Assembly (NCBI GenBank): GCA_029775855.1
Contig: JARVJZ010000004.1
Location: 32,001-96,000, forward strand
Length of the DNA stretch: 64,000 nucleotides
DNA from: Nitrososphaeria archaeon
Lineage (GTDB): Archaea; Thermoproteota; Nitrososphaeria; Nitrososphaerales; JAAOZN01
Direction: 5' to 3'
The notes under the pieces were generated by a model, which did no database searches, was not told the DNA's origin, and saw nothing but the letters and a program-made list of their open reading frames with translations. Positions 57,063 to 64,000 of the stretch are shown here, in pieces; position 1 is the first letter of the stretch; each line of letters starts with the position of its first letter. The position numbers and the translations under genes were made by a program.

Positions 57063-57235
57063 TACTAAAAGCCTCTATTTGCCTTCTTAGAAGGGCTGAG
57101 CTAATAAGGTTTTCCTGAACAATGTAAAGCTCTCTATAAAACTCATCATTGTTGTAAAGAGTCTACCTTAGGACACTCACACTTGATGAATGGAAAGCTT
57201 AAAGTTTAATAGCGGATTTTCGTAGCCTGAGGTAT

Positions 57236-57520
57236 ATGAGTGAAGAGGAGGCCGAAGAGAGCGTCTTCCACAAGAAGCTCAAGGTAAAGTTAAAGGCTAA
57301 AGGTAAGGAGGGGAAGATCATCTTCCTCAAAGAATATCTTGAGTTCCTCCTTAAAAACAACCGCACTCTACCACCAGACTTTCCTACCTTCTGCAGAGAA
57401 GTTATGGGGTTGGATGAGAGAAACGGCACCATTCACATAAAGATATGGAATGAAAGAAATGAGCTAGTAGAATTTGTGAGATCCATGAACTACGATTATA
57501 GGATAGATCAGTATGACTGA
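57236..57520 (+). CDS. Hypothetical protein
   Basis: GAGGT RBS; overlaps the fae-hps start. Confidence 0.6.
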   Translation: MSEEEAEESVFHKKLKVKLKAKGKEGKIIFLKEYLEFLLKNNRTLPPDFPTFCREVMGLDERNGTIHIKIWNERNELVEFVRSMNYDYRIDQYD

Positions 57521-58697
57521 CTTTCTGGTAGGAGAAGCGTTAATAGGTGAAGAGCCTGAAGTAGCACATATAGACCTCATCATAGGTAGTAAGAACGGCC
57601 CAGCGGGTCAAGCCTTCGCAAACGCTCTAGCACAACCAAGGCTTGGACATACCCCCATACTCGCAGTGATCAGACCAAACCTACCTACTAAACCCTCAAC
57701 CCTCATAGTTCCAAAGGTTACCATAAGAGATCTTGAAGACGCTGAAAAGGTCTTTGGACCTGCACAGAGCGCAGTCGCTAAAGCTGTTGCTGACGCCGTT
57801 GAAGAGGGTATCATACCTAAGGAGCGAGCTGAAGATTATGTAGTTATAGTTTCTGTCTTCATTCACCCAAAAGGGAAGGACTATCAGCGAATTTACAGAT
57901 ATAATTACGCTGCAACTAAACTAGCACTCCAGAGGGCTTTGACAAACTTCCCAGATATAGATAAAGTTTTAGAGGAGAAGGATAAAGCGATACACGGCAT
58001 GGTGGGCTTTAGAATAAACAACCTTAAGAAGCCTCCTTACTTAGAAGTTGCTTTAGATATCCCAGATTGGAGGCGTGTTGAAGCTATAATCAAAGCGCTG
58101 CCTAGAAGCGATGCAATAGTTTTAGAGGCAGGTACACCATTAATCAAAAGATATGGTGTTGAAGTTATTCAAAAGATTCATCAGCTTAGACCCGAATCTG
58201 TTGTAATCGCTGATATGAAGACGCTTGATGTGGGAAATATTGAAGCAAGAATGGCTGGGGACGCTACCGCAGATGTCGTAGGTTTCTCAGCGCTCGCACC
58301 CATAAAGACGATAGAGCGGTTTATAGACGAATGCAAAAAGATCGGCACACTATCACTTATGGACACCATAAACGTTCCGAACCCAATAGAGGTACTCAAG
58401 AAGCTGAAGGTGAAGCCTGATATCGTCGAGATCCATAGGGCTATAGACGTCGAAGACGAAGCATACGCGTGGGGCAACATCAAAGAAATAAGAGAAGTCT
58501 GCGGCAAAGTATTGATAGCGGTTGCAGGTGGAATAAGGCTTGAAAGTGTAGAAGCGGCGTTAAAGGCTGGCGCGGACATCCTTGTAGTTGGCAGAGCGAT
58601 AACAGCAGCCAAAGATGTTACTGGTGCGGCAAGAGCGTTTCTCCAAAAGATGGGTGTCGAAGAAGTAGACCAATTCAGAGTTATGACAGACTTCTAA
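57513..58697 (+). CDS. fae-hps: Bifunctional formaldehyde-activating enzyme / 3-hexulose-6-phosphate synthase
   Basis: [34 protein letters not shown]; then [35 protein letters not shown]. Confidence 0.96.
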   Translation: MTDFLVGEALIGEEPEVAHIDLIIGSKNGPAGQAFANALAQPRLGHTPILAVIRPNLPTKPSTLIVPKVTIRDLEDAEKVFGPAQSAVAKAVADAVEEGIIPKERAEDYVVIVSVFIHPKGKDYQRIYRYNYAATKLALQRALTNFPDIDKVLEEKDKAIHGMVGFRINNLKKPPYLEVALDIPDWRRVEAIIKALPRSDAIVLEAGTPLIKRYGVEVIQKIHQLRPESVVIADMKTLDVGNIEARMAGDATADVVGFSALAPIKTIERFIDECKKIGTLSLMDTINVPNPIEVLKKLKVKPDIVEIHRAIDVEDEAYAWGNIKEIREVCGKVLIAVAGGIRLESVEAALKAGADILVVGRAITAAKDVTGAARAFLQKMGVEEVDQFRVMTDF

Positions 58698-58727
58698 ATC
58701 ACATCACTCATAACCGTTAAGCATCAT

Positions 58728-58928
58728 CTACTTTATTCGAGCCACTAATGTGATTAATCCTGACACTGCTAGCAAGGCTGAAATTAGGTAAAATGTAGAT
58801 GCTACAGAAGGATGAAGTGGAGTAGTTGCTGTAAGATATGCGGTCAACAGCCCCATAACTACGAAGATCAACGCAATCAGCTTAATTAATATATTCATTC
58901 TTGAGCGGTAGATCTCTTTCTTCTCCAT
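58728..58928 (-). CDS. Small two-TM membrane protein (start re-assigned to ATG 58928)
   Basis: MEKKEIYRSRMNILIKLIALIFVVMG...; the longer ORF-track version overlaps the opposite-strand gene. Confidence 0.6.
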   Translation of the reverse strand: MEKKEIYRSRMNILIKLIALIFVVMGLLTAYLTATTPLHPSVASTFYLISALLAVSGLITLVARIK

Positions 58929-59040
58929 ATGCCGACTACACCCTATACTGATACTCTTCTTATTCCTTTCTATAATATTTAACTTTAGGCTGATTCGAAC
59001 TAAAAGCTTAAGATAGCCTCTAACCCAATATAATACTGAA

Positions 59041-59541
59041 ATGCCTAAAGATGGCTGGGCGGCTTTATACAGAAAATTATCTTTAGTAAATGCGGTAGTG
59101 GCATCAATATGGACGATAATACTTCTACTGCGGATTAAACCCTTCTCATATCTACTACCAATAATTGCTGATGGCGGGCCCGGTACTTGGCTTATACTTG
59201 GATACATTCTCTATGTAATAGTAGGGTTCTGCGGCTTTCTAGGGTTTTCAACGTTCTTTTCACATCTTGAAAGAGCGGGTTATGTGGTAAATGATAAGCT
59301 GACCACTTTTGGTGTTGTAGCGCTTTTTGTAGGCTCCACATCAGCCACAGTCCTCTTAGGGTTAGGCGGGGCTTTGGGTGGCTATGCTAGGACTGTGCAA
59401 CACCTACCTCTACATCAAATTCAAGCTATACTAGAGCCGTTCGTCGATGTCATAACCTCTTTCACCATTTTGACGGTTGTAGGTGTTTTAATTAATGTGG
59501 CAGTAATTGCCAGAGCGGAACGGACTCCTAAAGGCGACTAG
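59041..59541 (+). CDS. Four-TM membrane protein, paralog of 60461-60994
   Basis: IIADGGPGTWLILGYILYVIVG motif. Confidence 0.75.
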   Translation: MPKDGWAALYRKLSLVNAVVASIWTIILLLRIKPFSYLLPIIADGGPGTWLILGYILYVIVGFCGFLGFSTFFSHLERAGYVVNDKLTTFGVVALFVGSTSATVLLGLGGALGGYARTVQHLPLHQIQAILEPFVDVITSFTILTVVGVLINVAVIARAERTPKGD

Positions 59542-59542
59542 C

Positions 59543-60448
59543 GTGCACTTCATCTGTAAGAATCTATCTATTATTGCGGTGTTTGCACTTATTTCGCTAA
59601 CCTACTACAATGTGTATGCTGAGATTATCGCTAAAGGGGAGGAAGCTGAACCTTGGGTTGAAGTAAGGCTACCTTGGGCGCTTGGTGTTGTGTTCTCTGA
59701 CGGCACTCTGCTTGAAAATGGTGTTAGATTAGACTGGAGTAAAGTTTCAAATATAACATTAGTCGCAAAACTGCCTAACATAAGCTGGACTGACAACACT
59801 ATATATCTAATTCTCTCAGCAATGAACATATATGGTGAAGTTATACAAGTAGCGGCGGGTCTTAACCCTAATGAGCAGATGTGGCAAGTATACGCCTTCT
59901 ACATAAGCGACATTACACATTATCCTCAAACATATATTTGGATCGCAAACCGCTCTCTGCCGCAGATCATGCCTGGGGAAAGAGTTGCCCTTGCGCTGCA
60001 TCTAATCGAAGATGAGGGTTGGCGTTTTACTGCACAGAACCTTAACACGGGAGATGCATCTAACGGGTTATTTCCAGCCGGTAAAGTTAGACTTAAAAAC
60101 GGAGAGCATGAGGTCTTCGCATTAGAATCATACACCACAAACCCAATTGTGTTCAGGGAGATGGATGAAGCTGTTCTTGAAGGCATCTACGTAGATGGAT
60201 TTAAGATCGTAGGTGAAGGATATCTGCTTGGAGGCTGGGATCCTCTACATAAACCGCTTTTCTTAGTAGGTGGCGGAAACGTACCTGGCTTCATATCGGT
60301 AGTGAAGAGTTCGAACCAATATAAGTGGGTTTACAGCCAAGCCGAATCTTGGGAATCCTCTGTTGCACCGCTCTATGTAGGCTTAGCATATGCATCAGCT
60401 ATAATACTTGTCATAGTATTAGCGGTCGTATTTAAAAAAGAGAAGTGA
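59543..60448 (+). CDS. Membrane-anchored exported beta-sandwich protein (possible glutamic-peptidase/concanavalin-like fold)
   Basis: Signal peptide, beta-rich body with VIQVAAG and FALES, C-terminal TM plus KKEK; GTG start just after the upstream stop. Confidence 0.6.
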   Translation: MHFICKNLSIIAVFALISLTYYNVYAEIIAKGEEAEPWVEVRLPWALGVVFSDGTLLENGVRLDWSKVSNITLVAKLPNISWTDNTIYLILSAMNIYGEVIQVAAGLNPNEQMWQVYAFYISDITHYPQTYIWIANRSLPQIMPGERVALALHLIEDEGWRFTAQNLNTGDASNGLFPAGKVRLKNGEHEVFALESYTTNPIVFREMDEAVLEGIYVDGFKIVGEGYLLGGWDPLHKPLFLVGGGNVPGFISVVKSSNQYKWVYSQAESWESSVAPLYVGLAYASAIILVIVLAVVFKKEK

Positions 60449-60460
60449 TTGAAGCTTCAG

Positions 60461-60994
60461 CTACTTCTTTCTAAGGTAGGTAACTATGTAGCCAAATCCA
60501 CCTGCTAAGACGCCAATGCATAAAGCTATTATGAAGTAGCCGATAGGCTCCACATAGCCCGCTATAAGTGGATGCACTTGTCCTGGGTTTGTAATGCCTA
60601 AGCCTCCTAGCTGGGTTGGTTGGAGAGCTTTACCCCCGGTGTAGCCAGCTATCATCAGAAGCCAAGTTGCACCTGCGACCCCAACATTCATAAGTATAAA
60701 GTGAAGGCTTGCCAGCACGTTCCCTAGGCCTTTAAATGGCTTTTTCAAGTTGACTTCGATGTGATGATAGAATAGGCTTGTTACGGCAACGCCTATTACC
60801 CCGACAACGATGTATGTTATGTAGCCTACAAAGAACCATGTTCCAGCGCTGCCTCCAGCTATTATTCTCGATATAGGAGGTGTCACGAAAGGTGCTATGA
60901 TTAGTATTGTCCAAAATAAAGCTCCTGCGCCTTGAGCTACTGCCGCCCATATGAATCTATTTGCCCATTTACTTACGGTAGTTGCTTCGCTCAT
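60461..60994 (-). CDS. Four-TM membrane protein (start re-assigned to ATG 60994)
   Basis: MSEATTVSKWANRFIWAA; IIAGGSAGTWFFVGYITYIVVG; LHFILMNVG. Confidence 0.78.
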   Translation of the reverse strand: MSEATTVSKWANRFIWAAVAQGAGALFWTILIIAPFVTPPISRIIAGGSAGTWFFVGYITYIVVGVIGVAVTSLFYHHIEVNLKKPFKGLGNVLASLHFILMNVGVAGATWLLMIAGYTGGKALQPTQLGGLGITNPGQVHPLIAGYVEPIGYFIIALCIGVLAGGFGYIVTYLRKK

Positions 60995-61111
60995 ATATTT
61001 GGTAATGAACTCTATCATGATATAAACATTACTACTATATTTTTTACAAAAATATATAGAATCCCTAAATTCAGGTGTTTCATCCACCAATACTAATTTC
61101 GTGAAATAATT

Positions 61112-61669
61112 TTATTGGATTGGAGACTTTTCTCCTTGAAGTGCAACAAAACCTTCAGCTCCACCTTCCCTTATAAGCCAGAGTTTGAAGGCGTAGCCGC
61201 ATCCACACCTAAGAAGTAGCTGACCTAAGTAGGTATCTTGAGGTGGTACACCAATATCAAGTTGCTTAAACGTCTCTTCTAAGAGTGGTAGCTTATAAGG
61301 TGAAGTTAGAGAAACGATTATCTTACCTCCTTGGTCTACGAGAGTTGAAAGCAGCTTAAAGAGATCGAGATCAACACCTTCAACCGTGAGATCAACTACT
61401 TCACCGCCTTCGAAGAAGATAAGGTAGCAGTAGTCTATATCAAAGTATGAAGGAAGATTTATTGATGCTCTACCTACGCTATAGAAGCCTTCTATCATCG
61501 AATTGATTGAGATCTTACCTTGTTTTAACCCTTTTAGCTGAAAATATCTGCATTCCTTCTCGCGGCCTTTTGGTCTAAGTATCGTAGGAACGGTCAGCTT
61601 GAGGTTTCCAATCTTCTTACCCTCTAAACTCCTTAACCTTTCTTCTGGGTCTTTATATGCTCTCAGCAA
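61112..61669 (-). CDS. DUF1122-family protein
   Basis: G.YS.GR, ETF..L..GVPP..T.LG..L, W.I.EGG.EG...LQGEK. Confidence 0.8.
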   Translation of the reverse strand: MLRAYKDPEERLRSLEGKKIGNLKLTVPTILRPKGREKECRYFQLKGLKQGKISINSMIEGFYSVGRASINLPSYFDIDYCYLIFFEGGEVVDLTVEGVDLDLFKLLSTLVDQGGKIIVSLTSPYKLPLLEETFKQLDIGVPPQDTYLGQLLLRCGCGYAFKLWLIREGGAEGFVALQGEKSPIQ

Positions 61670-61684
61670 GTTAGACCCCTACGT

Positions 61685-62752
61685 CTAGCTGGTACTTGAA
61701 AGAATTTTATCAGCGGTTAGGTTCAACACAATCTCGGCTATATCTGTTGCATATTCCGCAGTTCGTTTAATGTCTTCTATTATGAGTCTAGCGATATATG
61801 TCTGCTCCTTGGAGCTTTCTGCATCTATAATCGTTAGAAGTTCCTTAACCATATTATCTACGACTTCTGCGTCAAGTATTAGCCTTTCAGCGGATTCATA
61901 ATCTCTTTTAAATAAAGCTTGGCTAGCTCTTTCTAAAAAGCTTACAGCGGTATCACTCAGATTCTTTATGTGGTCAAGTATTTCTGGTTTAAGTCTATTT
62001 TTGAGCTGTAGCACATTCTGCGCTATGCTTACCGCGTGGTCTGCAGTCCTCTCCACACTCTTCACTATAACCCGGTAGCCGAGGCAATCTTTTGGCGCTT
62101 CTAACCCGATCTTTTCAAGAATCCTTCCGTCTGAAACGGCTTGTTTAAGTTGGCGTATCGTATATAAGCTGAATCTATCTACTTCGTCATCAACTCGGAT
62201 GACACCCTTAGCTACTTCATAATCAAATTCGGTTAGAGCGGTAAGGGCATCTCTATGCATAGATGCTGCTATAAGGAACATTCTCCTTAGAGCGTTCTCA
62301 ACATTTAACTCAGGAACGCCTAGAAAGACTTGCAAGGTTATGTAGTTAGTTGACTCATCTACCACCTCAACACCAATAAGACTTTCACGTACGGTATCCT
62401 TAACAACTTCTTTATGCTGCAGATCAAATCTTCCATCCTTTGCCTTGACTTGAATTATGCGATATCCAAGTAGGTAGGCTGATATTATTCTCCTGATTAG
62501 TGAGTGGGGGTGTTCTTTGTTTGAAGTCTCGATAACCGCTTTATCCTTAAGCTGCGTTGGCATATGATCCCGGTGCGTAATAATTAACGCTTTAGGTCCA
62601 TATCTTGCGACGGTCAGTTCACTTCCTGCTTTGAGCTTCATCTCATCTACCCAACGTTTTGGGAGAGCTATAATATAGGATGATTTCCCTGAGAACTGGA
62701 TTCTTCTTGTCCAATAATTTAAGGGTTCATGCTCTTTTATTTCCTCAACCAT
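61685..62752 (-). CDS. phoU: Archaeal phosphate-uptake regulator (AbrB N-domain plus tandem PhoU domains)
   Basis: RRIQFSGKSSYIIALPK.W, DDEVDRF, ERTADHA, RTAEYATDIAE. Confidence 0.93.
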   Translation of the reverse strand: MVEEIKEHEPLNYWTRRIQFSGKSSYIIALPKRWVDEMKLKAGSELTVARYGPKALIITHRDHMPTQLKDKAVIETSNKEHPHSLIRRIISAYLLGYRIIQVKAKDGRFDLQHKEVVKDTVRESLIGVEVVDESTNYITLQVFLGVPELNVENALRRMFLIAASMHRDALTALTEFDYEVAKGVIRVDDEVDRFSLYTIRQLKQAVSDGRILEKIGLEAPKDCLGYRVIVKSVERTADHAVSIAQNVLQLKNRLKPEILDHIKNLSDTAVSFLERASQALFKRDYESAERLILDAEVVDNMVKELLTIIDAESSKEQTYIARLIIEDIKRTAEYATDIAEIVLNLTADKILSSTS

Positions 62753-62842
62753 ACATTTCTTCAGGATATATAGTTCAATAAGCCATATATGTTTTACTTG
62801 TCAACACCATATATACTCCATAATCACAAACTGTAGAAGAAT

Positions 62843-63856
62843 ATGCAGCACAACGACGCACAGTTATCACTAAACCAAAAGAAAAAATTTGTTACCACCT
62901 TCTTCTTTCTACAGCATCTAAAAAGAAGCATAAAGGGCGATAACCTCTTCATAGTCGTAACTGCTGCGGCATCATCTAGCATAATCATAATAATGGCTCT
63001 GATGATCTTTAAGATCTACGATGGGGCTGCACCCGTCTTTGAACGATTTGGGGTAAATTTCCTAACCGGTTTAGAATGGAATCCAGTAGAGGGAATGGAG
63101 GCTTATGGTGCTCTACCATACCTCTTAGGTACAATCACCACATCAGCCATAGCGCTTGTTGTTGGTGTTCCGATAAGTTTAGGTGTAGCCATCTTTTTGG
63201 CTGAGATCGCTCCGAGCAGCATTAGAGCGCCTCTATCATACATTATCGAGCTGTTAGCAGCCGTCCCAAGTGTTATCTATGGGCTCTGGGGAGTGTTTGT
63301 ATTCAGATTCTGGGTTAGGGATCTGATAGAAAAGCCGCTATCAACTTATTTAGGTTTCGTACCTATATTCAGCGGCACACCATATGGGTTAAGCATACTT
63401 AGCGGCGGGCTTATCCTATCCATTATGATAATTCCAACGGTTTCAGCGGTCTGCAGAGAGGTTCTTCTATCTGTGCCAGCTACACAAAGAGATGCAGCAT
63501 ATAGCTTAGGTGCAACGAGATGGGAAGCTATAAGAATTGGGGTGCTGAGTTATGCTCGAGCAGGCATAATAGGCGCAATAATCTTAGGTTTAGGTAGAGC
63601 GGTTGGAGAAACGATGGCTGTAACTATGGTTATAGGGAACGCTATTGGTCCTTCCGCGCTACCAACCTCGCTCCTAAAAGCTGGGCAAACCATGGCATCC
63701 CTTATTGCCAACGAGTTTAATGAAGCAGACCCAGTTTCTCTTCACCCATCAGCCCTTATAGGAGTAGGGTTCATACTACTACTTTCAGCTCTTTTGATAA
63801 ATGTTGCAGCTCAAATACTCATATATCGTGTGAGGATGAAGGGAGTTGTGGAGTAA
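62843..63856 (+). CDS. pstC: Phosphate ABC transporter permease
   Basis: ELLAAVPSVIYGLWG, LGATRWE, GRAVGETMAV, IANEF. Confidence 0.96.
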   Translation: MQHNDAQLSLNQKKKFVTTFFFLQHLKRSIKGDNLFIVVTAAASSSIIIIMALMIFKIYDGAAPVFERFGVNFLTGLEWNPVEGMEAYGALPYLLGTITTSAIALVVGVPISLGVAIFLAEIAPSSIRAPLSYIIELLAAVPSVIYGLWGVFVFRFWVRDLIEKPLSTYLGFVPIFSGTPYGLSILSGGLILSIMIIPTVSAVCREVLLSVPATQRDAAYSLGATRWEAIRIGVLSYARAGIIGAIILGLGRAVGETMAVTMVIGNAIGPSALPTSLLKAGQTMASLIANEFNEADPVSLHPSALIGVGFILLLSALLINVAAQILIYRVRMKGVVE

Positions 63857-64000
63857 AACAAACTACAAGATAAGAAAGTTCAAAGATCGACTCATAATCA
63901 GCCTAACCGTTTTATGCGTAATTCTCGCGATTATTCCACTTACAAGCATATTGATTGAAGTCGTGGTGCGTGGACTACCCGCAATCTCAATAGAATTTCT
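63846..64000 (+). CDS. pstA: Phosphate ABC transporter permease PstA (5' part, truncated by the window)
   Basis: Hand translation from TTG 63846: MWSKTNYKIRKFKDRLIISLTVLCVILAIIPLTSILIEVVVRGLPAISIEF; overlaps the pstC stop. Confidence 0.85.
   Translation, partial: MWSKTNYKIRKFKDRLIISLTVLCVILAIIPLTSILIEVVVRGLPAISIEF

Noticed and set aside
57143-57230. C/D-box sRNA (TGATGA...CTGA) or hairpin upstream of the fae-hps operon
   Set aside because: No convincing internal D'/C' boxes, and the interval coincides with the BRE/TATA promoter; pairing is weak
58929-59207. ORF-track extension of the 58728 gene
   Set aside because: Antisense to the conserved membrane-protein gene at 59041
4708-60950. Many short antisense or overlapping ORFs in the six-frame track
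   Set aside because: They lie within well-supported genes on the other strand or frame and carry no motifs
60995-61090. ORF-track N-terminal extension of the 60461 gene
   Set aside because: AT-rich promoter-like sequence; ATG 60994 preferred
1-64000. tRNA, rRNA, transposases, integrases, Sec/Pyl read-through or programmed frameshifts
   Set aside because: None recognised by eye; the metalloenzyme ORFs are complete with normal stops. tRNAscan-SE and Infernal would be needed to exclude small RNAs.

Overview
Gene-dense 64 kb chromosomal segment of an archaeon. TATA/BRE-like promoters, archaeal-type GAPDH, class III pilin signal peptides and CdhCDE show the domain. A protein disulfide oxidoreductase, family-5 UDG and DUF1122 suggest a thermophile, and the gene repertoire suggests an anaerobic TACK/Nitrososphaeria-like lineage (inference, not tested). 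I found no rRNA, tRNA, CRISPR array or transposase. Main blocks: (1) 1-6156, two divergent Tat-exported DMSO-reductase-family molybdoenzymes. One sits on a Thr-rich stalk and is followed by a DmsB-like subunit that has lost all four ligands of one Fe-S cluster, a beta-propeller and an exported rhodanese, with no membrane-anchor subunit. (2) 8232-22438, an archaeal type IV pilus locus interleaved with a wHTH regulator, two unknown coiled-coil proteins, a CbbQ/NorQ-type AAA+/VWA pair, a small C2H2 finger and a 996-aa Ig-repeat surface protein. (3) Housekeeping genes: pgk-gap, a second MoxR/VWA pair, sufSU, udg, larBC, split lplA, amrS, adk, trx/PDO, ino1. (4) 44154-53846, an ArsR-led acetyl-CoA synthase operon (cdhC-cdhD-cdhE) with no CO dehydrogenase gene; a four-cluster ferredoxin and a tungsten AOR-family enzyme lie between cdhE and cooT-cooC-cooC. 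(5) A TreT-like glycosyltransferase with a long coiled-coil protein, fae-hps, two paralogous membrane proteins, and phoU-pstC-pstA. Three genes missing from the ORF track were recovered by hand translation: a partial molybdoenzyme (1-511), a 48-aa AN1-like zinc finger (35142-35288) and partial pstA. All family calls come from motif recognition; no database search was run.
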